A stretch of 64,000 bases of DNA from the human T2T-CHM13v2.0 reference genome, Homo sapiens. Under the pieces are notes generated by a model, which was not told where the DNA came from, ran no database searches, and saw only the letters and a list, made by a program, of their open reading frames with translations. The position numbers and the translations under genes were made by a program. The stretch lies in assembly GCF_009914755.1 (NCBI RefSeq), contig NC_060940.1. One strand, written 5' to 3'. Below are positions 16,410 to 30,081 of the stretch, in pieces; positions within the stretch are counted from its first letter, which is position 1, and each line of letters starts with the position of its first letter.

Positions 16410-16587
16410 GCCTTCAGCTGAATTTCACTGCCTCCTGGGGAGACTTGCACTACCTGGGGCTCACTGGCCTGGAAGTGGTGGGCAAGGAGGGCCAGGCGCT
16501 GCCCATCCACCTGCACCAGATCTCTGCTTCCCCCAGAGACTTAAATGAGCTCCCCGAGTACTCTGACGACTCCCGGACCCTGGACAA
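16410..16587 (+). CDS. KATNIP: KATNIP coding exon (CLQLNFTASWGDLHYLGLTGLE...SDDSRTLDK)
   Basis: ctgttgcAG acceptor and AA|GTaagt donor; WGD..YLGLTGLE motif of repeat 2. Confidence 0.95.
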
Positions 16588-18034
16588 GTAAGTGTCTATC
16601 AGAAGCTTTACTTTCATGCCCACTGGGTTTTGGGGACATTGTTCTGCCTCTGAGACTTCAGATTCAGACATCAAATAGAATCGCATATGTCCCTCCCCTG
16701 GCCACCCTGTGAGGTAATGTGGTCAAGGGAAACCGAGGCTCAGGAAACCAAGGCTCAGGAAAGAGAGGTGGGAGGTGATTCTCCAGGGCCACACAGCTGG
16801 AAGTGTCAGGCGGGATTTGAAGGCGGGTTCCCATGCTTCCAGACACAGCCATGGTCTGCATTTTCTTCTCTGTGCTTAGCAGAGCGTCTCGCACACAGTA
16901 GCTGTCTGTAAACCTTTGCAGTGGATGGTTCAGAGTTTACACATGAATGACCCAGGCCTCCCGGGGGCTGAAAGCTCCCTCTCCCCTCCTTGAGGTTAGA
17001 GGTGATGGCTCAGGAAGCCTCCACAGGCGGTGGTGGCTGCACTTTCCCCTGCACTTGTCAGATTTCATAAGCCAAGGTTGCGTCAAGTCAGTAGGTGGGG
17101 AAGCCTCAAATACAGCATTGATCCACATGGACCTGCAGCCCACAGACCAGCACTCAGTTCCCCTGCCCTGCACAGCCAGAGGGTCTGGGCGCTGCTTAGA
17201 GGTGTGAACTAGGGGAGTCAGAGGGATGGGAGTTCAAATCCCGCCTCTGCCCCATGCCAACTATTAGGTAACTTTCTTAACCTCTTCAATAATAACAGCA
17301 ATGCTAATAATAATAACTGATCATATGACTGCCAGTTTTTGAGCACTTATTAAATGCCAGGCACTGGGCTATGCGAAGCAGGTGACACATGTTCATCCAT
17401 TGAAGCCTCAAACAGCCCTTTGAGGAAGGGACCATTATGAGCCCTACTATACCGATGTGGAGACTGAAATATGCAGAGGCCACCTAGACTAGTGCAGTGG
17501 CAGAGTCATGATTGGAACGCAGGCCTGTGGCATACCTACCATCCACTCACTTAACCACTAAGTTATACTGTCTCCCCTGCCTTGGTTTCCTTATCAGTAG
17601 AATGAGGAGTCATTCCCATGGCATGTCACATTGCAGCCACATCCCTTGGCCTGGTGCTGAGCTCATGCAGAGTTGGTGGCAGGCTTCTCCCTGCTTTTCT
17701 ATAAGGTGGCCCTGAACCGTGGCCTCACCCCCTGCTATCATTAACTGCTCATGGGCCCCTCTGACCACCCCCAACATCCTGGCAAGTCACTCTCCTGAGT
17801 ATTTAGGCTTGGAGCCTGGAGACCTGGCTCCCAGTCAGCTGGAAAAGTGATCAACGCACAGTGCGGCTTATGGATCCTTCCCACCCACTCACCACCCACC
17901 TGCCAGATTATCTGTTGGCAAATCCCAGGCCTGATAGCATTTCCTCTGTCAGTATTTCAGTGTATACCTCTAAACAATAAGGGATTTAAGAGAAAACATA
18001 ATCCTGGTACCATTGTTATACTTGAAAAAGTTGC

Positions 18035-19640
<1,606 letters not shown>

Positions 19641-21305
19641 TCATTTAGATGTTCTTGAGAGTGTCTGTGGAGTCTTCCTTTCACTGTCGGCTACAAATGC
19701 TCCAGCAGTTCTCTCTGCTCTCAGAATTGGGCAGGTTTGCTATGGAGCAGCCCCATTTCTAGGACAGAAACATAATTGCCTTTAGAAGGAAATAGAAGGT
19801 TCTCTAGTGGTCATCCTCAGTCAGCTTAGTTCCACAGACACTCCAGTGTGGAATTGCTGAATTTCCTCAGTTTTAAGATGCCAGCAATTGTCAGACACAC
19901 CATCCATCAATTTAATAACAGCCTTTTAGGGAACAAAGAAACATTGCCTCCTTGGGTAAACACTTCGATTATGAGATTTTTTTTTTTTCCAAATTCACAA
20001 CTTTAAAATGTAAAAGGAAACAAAAAGTTTCTTTTCAAATCTAGGAAATGTGGCAGCAGGCCAAGTTTCTCCCAGTACAGCAGCTGTGAGGTACCAGGAA
20101 TCCAGGGTGTGGAGTGGGGAAGGTTCTAGAAAATGGGAGGGAGAGGGAGGTTGCTCAAAAGGCTGCCAGCTGGGCCCTTTTTTCCAGGACCAGGCTTCTG
20201 AATGGCAGTGCCAGACACGTGGGCCAGAGCCACGAGGACAAGGGCCTGAGGCCTGGGCTGAGGCATGCTGGGCAGTCCGGGGAAGCGAGAGGCACGATTG
20301 TCCTTGGGACAAACACAGGCCCACTTGAGGATGAACAGGATGTCCCAAGCAAGGGAACCAGAAACTGGCCAGGACAGGAGTGCGATAGGGCTGAGGTGAC
20401 AAGCTCAGAGTGCCAGCTGGGAAGAGCATGAGGGGCTCCCTCCTACAGGTTAGAGGCTTCCCTGGGATATCCAGGCCATGCGGTCACAGAGCATGGTCCA
20501 GCCAGAGCAGCTCCCACAGTCACCTGCCCCTCCTTCTACTTGTTCCAAGCCAAGAGCTGCAGAGCTCACCTGGTGCTTTTGTACCTCTCTCCCCCAGCAT
20601 GGGAAGGAAGGGCTACACTTCTTTCCAACTATGCTGTAAAGCCAACACAGCAAATTTACAGAAAGTTTGGAAACTTGAGAAAAATACTCACCTCCATACC
20701 CTCTGACCCAATTATGTTTTTCACTTTTGCACACTCTCTCCTGGTCCTTGTCCTCATTTCTCAGCTTTATAATCAGTGTCCTGCCTCCTCCATGTGACTG
20801 CAGTGTCCTCATGATGGCACCTTAACCCCTGTGAAATTTACTTAACCATTTCCTGATTTTGAGATCTTTTAGGTTGTTATCCTTTTTTAAGCTATTGTAA
20901 ATAACACTGTAATGAGCATCTTGGTTCGGATAGCCTTTCCCATATATTGAATACATTTTCCTTCTGGGGAAGAAAATCCCAGAAATGGGATCACTGGGCT
21001 AAAGGATTCTGAAAAATGGTTCATTTTCCCTTTTAAAAAAAAAACAAAAACCCTGATGATTGCTTTTCTGCACCTTTAACAGCATAGCCTTTTTTTTTTC
21101 TTTTAAAAAATGTCTCATTTCATAGATGAGAGACGACTTCTGACTGTTGTTCTCAGCAGTCACACCTCCCCTTAACAAGCCTGACACAGCCAGGCTAGTG
21201 CCAGGCAGTGGGGACGTACTTGGGGCCGAGGGGGTGGGGGCCCCACTGTGATGCCTCCTGTGCCCACTGAGCCGCCCCCCTGCCGCTCCGTCCCCATTGC
21301 TGCAG

Positions 21306-21471
21306 GTTAATTGATGGCACCAACATCACCATGGAGGATGAGCATATGTGGCTGATCCCCTTCTCGCCGGGGCTGGACCATGTGGTCACGATCCGCCTGG
21401 ACAGGGCCGAAAGCATCGCAGGCCTGCGCTTCTGGAACTACAATAAATCTCCCGAGGACACCTATCGCGGG
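21306..21471 (+). CDS. KATNIP: KATNIP coding exon (LIDGTNITMEDEHMWLIP...WNYNKSPEDTYRG)
   Basis: tgcAG acceptor and GGG|GTaagc donor; repeat motifs; overlaps ORF 21331..21771. Confidence 0.95.
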
Positions 21472-22435
21472 GTAAGCTGGGGAGCAGTGGCCGTGCTCAG
21501 TCCAGCGTCAGGGAAGCAGCACCTTGATGAATGGCTGGCGTGGCAGCCAGAGAGGAGCATAAATCCTCCAGAATTTTCCAAACGGAGCTGGGGGCGTTAT
21601 GTCCAGGGAGAGAGAGAGCTGCTGTTTCCTTCTGCAAATGGCAAATGCAGGCTAAAGAGCGCAGGGCATTTCCAGGGAACTGCACAGCACCGTTTCTCCT
21701 GGTGCTGGGGGGTCCTAGGCAGGTCCAGGCCCCAGCTTGCCATGGTCAGTTTTGTCCCTCAAGTCCCTTGAGTGCTCGGGTGGCCAGGCCTCTGCTGAGG
21801 GCTTCACGGGCATTCATTGTTTCACTGGATTCTCATTCCAGCCAATGGGAGGTGGGTGTGATTACCCCCATTTCTTAGGGTCTAAAACTGAGGTCCAGGA
21901 AGGTTCACTTGCCCATCCAAGGCCACACAGCTGGAGTCTCCACCTTGGCCAGCCAGACCTGGAGCCCACATTGTGATTTCCGTGTGATGTTTTGCTGAGT
22001 GAGAAGCAGCAGGGGGGCGCTTCTGAGACTCAGCCTCGGTGGGAATGAAGAAGAGAGCCTCGGAAGAGCCCTTTTCTCTGGCTTTTCTGGCCTCAGGTGA
22101 CTGAATGGGTGCCCTCCAGTCATGTAAAAGTGACAATGAGGCCACCGAAAGGTAGCAATTCAGCTAGGGCCCTACTATCAGGAGGGCCTGAGTCTGAGTC
22201 TCAGCTTGGACCCAACCAGCTGCGTAACCTCTGGCACGTGGCCTGCCTTCCCTGGGCCTGTCTCCTCATCTATAAAATGAGGAGGGAATAACACCTGCCA
22301 CGGCGGATTGGCATCACCGTTGCCAGGTAACAGTTGACAAAGCCAGGACTCAGCCTCAGGTGATCCCCAGATCTGGGCTCCCCACCATATACCCACCATG
22401 GAATTTATTCTAGGGCCTTAGGAATTGTATCACAG

Positions 22436-22730
22436 ACCAGGTGTAGAGGCTCACGCCTGTAATCCCAGTACTTTGGGAGGCTAAAGTTGGAGGATGGCTT
22501 GAGCCCAGGAGTTCTAGACCAGCCTGGGCAATACAGAGAGACCCCCATCTCTACCAAAAAAATAGGCAGGCTTAGTGGCACACACCTGTAGTCCCAGCCA
22601 TTCAGGAGGCTAAGGCAGGAGGATCTCTTGAGCCCAGGTTGAGGCTGCAGTGAGCTATGATCTCATCATTGCACTCTAGCCTGGGTGACAGAGCAAGACA
22701 CCATCTCAAAGAAAGAAAAATGAAAAAAAG
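22436..22730 (+). mobile_element. Alu (J-like)
   Basis: Sense dimer with TSD-like gaattgt.tcaca. Confidence 0.9.
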
Positions 22731-24379
22731 AATTGTGTCACATCTTACAGCAGGATCGGCAGCCCCTGGCCCTCCCCGTGTAGCAGGAGCTTAGCCAGCA
22801 TGCTCCTCTGAGCAGGCCGGTCACAGACCCTCCCAATGCCGCCCTGTGTCTCTATGAACGCTCCCCTGGGTTCAACACATTGAAGAAGTCAGATATATTG
22901 ACATTAAAAAACAGCCTTCTGCCTCAAGTTGTGCCTTTGGGCCTTAAAATTCCCTTGAGCAAATCACAGTCTGTCTGGTAGAGCTTCTGTGACCTGAATT
23001 CACCATCTGGGGATGTTGGGCTGAGTTCCCATCTCACAGGTCTGGGCCCCACCAGCCAGACAATGGCTACAGTGGGATGAGGTGGGGGTGGGGGGGAATG
23101 GGCACGTGGCCTGAGATGGGAGACCCCCACTGCAGTGAAATGGGTGCTTTGACTCAGATCCCACACCCCAAAAGGCCTTCCCGAGCACCAGGGGTCCCTG
23201 ACATGTGGTTGGAAGCCAGGGCCCTGGACTCCTGGACTTGGGGCTTCAAATCCCTTCAGTGGCCCTCGGGCAAATCACTTAGTCCCTGTGAAGTTTAGCT
23301 TCCTTCCCTATAAGATGGAGGTGGTGATAGAGGTCACCTCGAAGGGAATGAGCAGAGGACATGTGGCCAGCTCTGCCCAGGGAAGTCAGGGATGCTTCCT
23401 GGAGGAGGTGTTGGCCCTGGAGGATGGACAGGGGCTTCCTGGGCCTCTGCTTTGCCATCACTGAATCTACTTTTGGGCGACTCTGTCCAGGGCACACTCT
23501 GGCAGCTCCAGGCTTATGTCCTGCTAGCTCCAAGCCCAGCAGAAGAGAAAGCTCCCCTTTCCAGGCAAGCCAGCAAAACCCCAGGAGTCATGCTGATGGG
23601 CCCGGCCATGTTTCAAGTTCAGCTCAGGGGGCCCAGGTAGGAATCCCCCTTGAGGAAAGCAGATGGAGAGATGGAGGACAGGGACCAAGTTCTAGTGACA
23701 GCCACGCCCGAAGCCAGGTAGCACCACACTTCAGGTTTACTTGTCCTGTAACTGACATAGAGGGGCTCCCAAAATGCTGAAGGAACGAGGGGCCCCAGGG
23801 GCACATGAGAGCCAGGTCAGGGACCCTTCCTCCCTTCCTTTCTGCAGGAGGAGCGCCTCTGCCTCTCCCTAGAGGAAAGGCACCAGTTGGATCAACAGCT
23901 GCACCCATGTTGCTGACCACGAATGTGGGCTAAGGTGTCGAGGAGAACCAGGCTCCAAAATCTGAAATCAGAGAGTGATGGCTGTTGCCCCTCCCTGCCC
24001 ATAGAGCAGGTGGTGGCTGGGCCGCCTCAGACTCTACCATTAGGACTTTGAAACTGACCAGTAGAACCTGGCCATCTGGCTGGAGAACTCTGGCTAGAAC
24101 AGGGAGAGATGTTGGCTCAAATCCACGTGAATCCTGCAAGCTCTTAGAAAGCATCTGCTGTGTTCCAGGCCCTGAGGCAGACAGAGAGGTGGTCCAGCCA
24201 GAACCTCTGCCATAAGAGAGACCCAGAAGCCACTGGGATGCTGCTAGGCATACAGGCCCAAAAAGGATGAGCTCAGTGCCATGAGAAGGAAGATCAGAAA
24301 GAGGCCTGTCCTGTCCTAAGGGAGAGCTCCCAGAGGGGTATTGATGTGTGAGCCAGGGGTTGAAAAAGGAGTGATAGAG

Positions 24380-24550
24380 GCTAACATTCACGAAGTATAC
24401 AGTTTGTGCCAGGCTCTGTTTAGGGCACTTTACGTAGGTTAACTCATGACCGTGCCCATTTAACAGATGAGGAAATTGAGGCATAGGGAAGGTAGGTAAC
24501 ATACACAGCTACTAGTGGTGCACATGGAAGCGCCTGAGTCCATGCCCTTG
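24380..24550. mobile_element. MIR (one of many; others near 7330, 11350, 17290, 22190, 26160, 27270, 28860, 29340, 35540, 43720, 45370, 52000, 56740, 61830, 62780)
   Basis: Core cccatttt.cagatgaggaaactgaggc motif. Confidence 0.7.
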
Positions 24551-24857
24551 ACCTCCATCTCATGCCGCCCCAGGCCGCTGCAGCTGTTGAGGTGGGCGAG
24601 GCCTTGGCCAAGTCACGTGCCACCCCTGAAAGCCGTGGACCAGTGTCCGCTGTAGCAGGGGGCTCGCCTGTCTTGTCCTCTGCTACCTGCCCAGCGCCCA
24701 CACAGCACCTGATATGGGAAATGGACCTCGGTCAGGTGGCTCTGCGAAAGGCTCCCCATGGTGAGCACAGCTGCCAGCAGCTCCGGTCACGTCAGCACCG
24801 CTTCTGTCCCCACATGGCCTGCCTCCCTTCAGTCATGTTATTTCTTTTGTTTGCCAG

Positions 24858-25015
24858 GCCAAGATTGTCCACGTCTCCCTGGATGGCCTGTGCGTCTCCC
24901 CGCCAGAGGGCTTTCTCATCCGGAAGGGGCCAGGCAACTGCCACTTTGATTTTGCTCAAGAAATCCTCTTCGTGGACTACCTACGGGCTCAGCTGCTGCC
25001 CCAGCCGGCCAGGAG
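24858..25015 (+). CDS. KATNIP: KATNIP coding exon (AKIVHVSLDGLCVSPPEGFLIRKGPGNCHFDFAQEILF...PAR)
   Basis: tttgtttgccAG acceptor and AG|GTgagg donor; frame continuous. Confidence 0.93.
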
Positions 25016-26584
25016 GTGAGGAGAAAGTGGGCGCCACACACAGCCCCTCCCGGCCCCTGGGCCCGCTTGCTTTGCAAGTTGCTCTGATGTACATTCCGAA
25101 AGGGTTTTGAAACGATGATCAAACGCATTGCTTTTCAACTTAGTCATTTTCTAAAGCTCAGCCAAGCCTCACCGGAAGCCTGTGGAATGGACTTACCTTG
25201 TCTGGGGACATTTGGGTTTTTCACAGTCTGGAGTGCTGAAGATTTTAAATGCTTCATTGCGTTTCCTGCTGAGAAAAGAGGCTACAGCCTGCCTCCATTC
25301 CAGAAATGCCTGCCGGCCAGTTTGGGGAAGGGCCTTCCTTCTCCCGTTTCTGTGTTCCTGATTTAGAAAGATTCAAGGAGAAAAATAGAGCTTAATATTT
25401 CATGGATTCACTGGGATTTCTCGGCCCCAGTCTCAGCTGCATTAAGTTCATAACGATTTGTAAATGCCACGTTAAGTTTACTCATTGAAACCCCCTGATG
25501 TCCAAACGCCAGAGGCCAAGCTCTTGAAACAAAATGAGTTTCCCTGCACTGTAGCGGGGTTGGCTGGCTGGGCTGGTCACTAGGAAGTCATTTAATTGTA
25601 ACATTGCCCTTGAAATGGAAGAGAACCAGGCTAGGGCTGGAGGGCACTGACAGCGGACCAGGGAGAGGGGCCCCGTCAGGAGGGCCGTGGAGGAGAGGAT
25701 CCTTCCCGAGGGCCAGCTGTGTGAACACTTTGATGTGTCCTTTGGGAAATCCTTCCAGCCACCCTTTGACCTAGCCAGTATGATGCCCGTTTTACAGATG
25801 TGGGAACTGAGGCTCTGGCTGGTGGAGCCAGGTGCTGAAGATCATGAAGCCAAAGCCATCAGGGCTGTGCCTGCCTTCCAGCCTCCTCTCACTTCCCTCT
25901 CCCCATCCTGCCCCAGACTCCAGCCCTCTGGCCGCTTTCTGGGGCAAACACCAGCAGCCCAGTGACTTCCCACCTTGGGCCTTTGCTCTGCTGCTCCTCT
26001 GCGTGGAAGGTTCAGCTCTGGCACTTCCCAAGGCTGCCTCCTCCTGGAGGCCTTCCCAGAGCACTCCCTGAGGCAGCCTGCCCCACCCAGTCCCTCTGCC
26101 CTGTCACCCCGTCCTGGCTGTCGGCACAGCGTGGACCCTCCTTGTGTTTAAAGACATAGAGGGGGTTGGTTAAGAAAGGGGGCAGTGGTACCAGGCAACC
26201 TCACGTCCCATCCCGGTTCTGCCACTACCAGCTGCATGGCCTTGAGCAAGTGACCTCACTTCTCCGTGTTCCAGTTTCCTCATCCACATCCCAAGCATCT
26301 AAAAATACCCACCTCCTAGGGTTGTGTTGAGGAATAAAAGAGTCCATTTCAGGAAAGCCCTGAGCCCCGTGCCTCCCTGGCACAGCATCCTGCCAGCATT
26401 GGCAATGACTGTCATCTAGAGCGGGAACTCCACACGAGCAGGGGCCTCATCTCTCTTTTCCCTGCTGCATCCTAGGGAACGCTAAACTGCCATGTTTCTT
26501 CAAAGGCTGTTACCTAGGGGGTAACTGGCTGGTGATTCTGGGCCGTCGTGAGCTTCTTCATGGTGCTGTTTTGTGCTTTTTCAG

Positions 26585-26649
26585 GCTGGACATGAGAAGC
26601 CTGGAGTGTGCAAGCATGGACTACGAGGCACCGCTGATGCCCTGTGGCT
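26585..26649 (+). CDS. KATNIP: KATNIP coding exon (LDMRSLECASMDYEAPLMPCG), ending at a U12 donor
   Basis: tttttcAG acceptor and T|GTATCCTTC donor; frame joins the next exon as T+TC (Phe). Confidence 0.92.
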
Positions 26650-26992
26650 GTATCCTTCTCCTCCCGCCCCACCAGCACATTCTGGGCCCCGAGGCAGCGC
26701 CTGGGCCGCAACTGCCCAGCCAGGGTTTCAGGCGGCCACAGATGAGGCAGCTGGAACTCCATGCAAGGAAACCAAGGCAGAGGATAGGAGGCCTCCTGGG
26801 TCCTCAGGGCCACTAGGAGCTGCTGGAACTGGGGCAGCCAGGCTAGTTCCTGCTGAGGCTGGAGGGGGCAGCACCCAGGACTCCAGCTGGGAGGGGCTAG
26901 AGAAGCTGGCACTGACCCCAGTGGCTGGACTGGGGAAGGGGGGTGTCCTGGAACCAGCCAGGGAGGAGGTGAAGATAGAAATAACTTGGCAA

Positions 26993-27250
26993 TCCAGGCA
27001 CAATAGCTCACACCTGTAATCCCAGCGCTTTAGGAGACCAAGGAGGTTGGATTGCTTGGGGCCAGGAGTTTGAGACTAGCCTGGGCAACATAATGAGACT
27101 CCATATCTTAAAAAAAAATAAATAAATTAGCTGGTGGTACATGCCCATAGTCCAAGCTACTTGGAGGCTGAGGTGGGAGGACCTTTTGAGCCCAGGAGTT
27201 CGAGGCTGCAGTGAGCTCTGATTGCACCACTGTACTTTAGCCCAGGCAGC
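26993..27250 (+). mobile_element. Alu (J-like, 3' truncated) inside the first U12 intron
   Basis: Sense dimer without a tail. Confidence 0.88.
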
Positions 27251-27821
27251 AGAGCCCAGCACTCTGGTACTACTATCATTCCCATTTCACAGCTAGGAAA
27301 ACTGAGGCACAGAGAGGCTCAGTAATTTGCCCAAGGCTGCACAGGTGGGAAGGGGTAGGGCCCAGGGGAGGTGAACCCAGGCAGCCTGGCTCTAAGGCCC
27401 GCTCTCTAGCCAGCCAGTTCTGGAAGCACTGTCTCTGGCTATGCCATCATCTGAGAGCCACCCGGCCTGCTCCTGGGAGTGCGGGGAGTGAGCAGAGCAC
27501 AGGGCTGAGGAAAGGCTTGATGCCCAGCTCTGCACGTGGGACTTCAGCAGCAATGGTGGTCTCCTTGCCCCGGCCCATGGCCCCTGGCGCTGTGAGGTTT
27601 ATGTGTCCCCTTCTTAGCCTCCTGTTTACTTGAAAGGGATGGAGGAGGTTGCAGGTACTCTGTTCTTGTCATTTCACAACCAGGGAAACTGGAGCATTTT
27701 GTTCAATACCATACAATCAGTTTGTGACACAGATGTTTCCCCATCCTGCCTGCTCCCTGGAGAGCACCCTCTCCTCCCGTCCTGTCTCCTGGGGCCTAGA
27801 GGAAGGCTTTGAATTCCTAAT

Positions 27822-27918
27822 ACACACACACACGGGCACACGCACACGTGCACACATGCATGCATACACACACATGAACACTCACATGCACACACACACA
27901 CACATGCACACACATGCA
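27822..27918 (+). repeat. Imperfect (CA/CACATG)n microsatellite
   Basis: acacacacacacgggcacacgcacacgtgcacacatgc... Confidence 0.85.
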
Positions 27919-28095
27919 ATTTAAGAAAATGTGATGCTACCTATATTTTGATAGGCTCTAGTTGCAATAAGAGAAAAATGTTTTTCTCTCATTCATCAAC
28001 ATAAACCCAAAACAATTCCTCTTATCTTTGCCATTGTTTTACTATATTCTGAAAAAAAAAAATTAAGCCTTCTTTTCCTTAATAAAGTGTCCCAG

Positions 28096-28206
28096 TCATT
28101 TTCCAGTTTCAGCTTCTCACCAGCTGGGGCGACCCCTACTACATCGGCCTCACCGGCCTGGAGCTGTATGACAAGCGAGGAGAAAAAATCCCCTTGTCGG
28201 AAAACA
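28096..28206 (+). CDS. KATNIP: KATNIP coding exon (FIFQFQLLTSWGDPYYIGLTGLELYDKRGEKIPLSEN), flanked by U12-type introns
   Basis: TTCCTTAAT...ccAG acceptor and A|GTATCCTTT donor; repeat 3 motif. Confidence 0.95.
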
Positions 28207-29941
28207 GTATCCTTTGTAGGACAGGAGTGGGCTCCACCCAGACTGAAGGGAGCATGGGAGGGTCGGGAACGGGGCAGAAGCCTTGTGTGCAGAGGGAAAT
28301 GGCCCTCTAGGAACCAGAGCCCAGGGGGCTTTGCTTATAGTCAGATGCTGACCCTTGGGGACGGGCAGCAGAGAGCAGCTCCCAGCCCTGCCTGCTAAGA
28401 CATCAGGAGCAGGAATTCCACAAACCAGAGTCCTGTGGTCCAGTGAATTGAGAGAGGCTGCCAACTATAGCGCCCCCTTCTCGGAGAACCACAGATACTT
28501 TGGAGTTCCAAAGGCTCTGACAAGGTCTGCAGGGAGAAGCCTGTTGCACTGTGTTCAACTCAGTGTGTCCTGAATTTCTTAAGTATGGAACCCTTTGTGC
28601 ATAGTATGCCCACACCAGAATTTGCAGACTGTTAGCCCAGTGCATTTTAAAATGAGTTGCTAATATTTTTAGAAATCACGAGGTTTCACATGAAAACCCT
28701 GATCTCTGGTTTCCCCTGAGAAATTGGCAACACAGGCCCTTGATTATGCATAGTGACAATGGCTGGACCTGGTTATCTGTTGCCATTTCTCCCCAAGCAT
28801 ATCCTTCTGGTCTACCTTAGCCCCCCACTCCTCCCATTGTTATCTACCAGGCCCCGAAACTCACTGCTAATATTTTCTCAGGGCTCACTCTGTGCTACCT
28901 CATCTGCCCTCACAACAATCTTGTGAGGTGATTGCTGCTGTTATCCCCATTTTACAGATGAGGAGCCTGAGACACAGAGAGATTGAGTAACTTGCCTAAT
29001 GTCACACAGCCAGTGAGTGTCCAGACACCAGCTCTTGACCAAGCAGTAGGCTATCCTGCCTCTTTCATGTAACCTGCCTGGCCCCCTCGGATCTTGAATC
29101 TGTGATCCCTGGCCCACCACAGTTAGGGAAATACCAGGGCAAGTCGAACCCCAAAGCCTGCCTTGCATCTGTTTGGGGTCCCTGGCTTCCAGTTGGATCC
29201 TTTTCTGCCTTCCCCTGGTGCCACCACCCTCCTCAGCTGGGATGAATGATTCTTGATGTTTTAGATCATTATTAGCGACTCCTCGAAGCTATAAAGTTTC
29301 ATTGATTTTACCAAAGTGCTCACATCTGGTGCACTCTGAGATCCTCACATCCATCCTGGGAGCTGGAGGTTTTTATACCCATTTTACAGATGGGAAAACA
29401 GGCCCAGGGTTGACCTGTGACTTGCCCACGCCCTCACAGGTCATAATGGCAGAGGCAGAGCTAGAAGCTGGGTTCTGCAGATCACATTAGCTGGGTCCAG
29501 CTGCTCCGAGGTCCTTCCACACTGACCAGGAAGAGAGGCTCGGCATGATACTCACATGCCAGGGTAGAATCCAGCCACCGCCCCATTCCCTTCCAAAAGA
29601 AAACCTCCGCAGAGCTTGCCCTCCACCCTCTCAAGCAGCAGCAACATTTTACGTCCCCAGCTCTGGCAGTTCCCTGCAACGTCTCTTTTTCAGCTGGCCT
29701 TCTGTGTGGTTTCCTTCTCTCTCTACTTGAAACTGACCACCTCTCCAGACACACCTGCTCCCCTTGGGCCCGGCACTCCCCGTTTCCCCAGGACACGTCC
29801 AATTCAGCTGTCACTGCTGCGGCTGCCCAAAGCATCAGCCCTGCCAGCCCCAGAGTCCCCCGAGCCACGCCATCAGCCTGAGGGTGGCTGGCAGCCCCGA
29901 GCACACAGATTTGGGTTATGGCAACTTAGACGTCTCCTCAG
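28207..29941 (+). other. KATNIP: Second U12-type GT-AG intron
   Basis: Perfect 5' splice site GTATCCTTT; the branch site is degenerate (caaCTTAGac near 29922-31). Confidence 0.8.
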
Positions 29942-30081
29942 ATATTGCGGCCTTCCCCGACAGCGTGAACTCCCTGGAGGGTGTGGGCGGGGACGTCCGC
30001 ACCCCAGACAAGCTCATCGACCAAGTGAACGACACCAGTGATGGCCGGCACATGTGGCTGGCTCCCATCCTGCCGGGCCTG
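29942..30081 (+). CDS. KATNIP: KATNIP coding exon (NIAAFPDSVNSLEGVGGDVRTPDKLIDQ...HMWLAPILPGL)
   Basis: ctcctcAG acceptor and CTG|GTgggt donor; lies within ORF 29764..30354. Confidence 0.93.

Larger units (their letters stand above)
26650..28095 (+). other. KATNIP: U12-type (minor spliceosome) GT-AG intron
   Basis: 5' splice site GTATCCTTC; branch site TTCCTTAAT at 28075-83, about 13 nt from the AG; no polypyrimidine tract. Confidence 0.92.

Noticed and set aside
19995-20429. 144-aa antisense intronic ORF
   Set aside because: No recognisable domain, splice context or promoter; several overlapping ORFs here are typical of GC-rich noncoding DNA.
22003-22020. CTCF-like motifs (cagcaggggggcgc; also ccgccagggggagt near 35070)
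   Set aside because: Imperfect matches are expected by chance in GC-rich DNA and cannot be supported without PWM or ChIP data.
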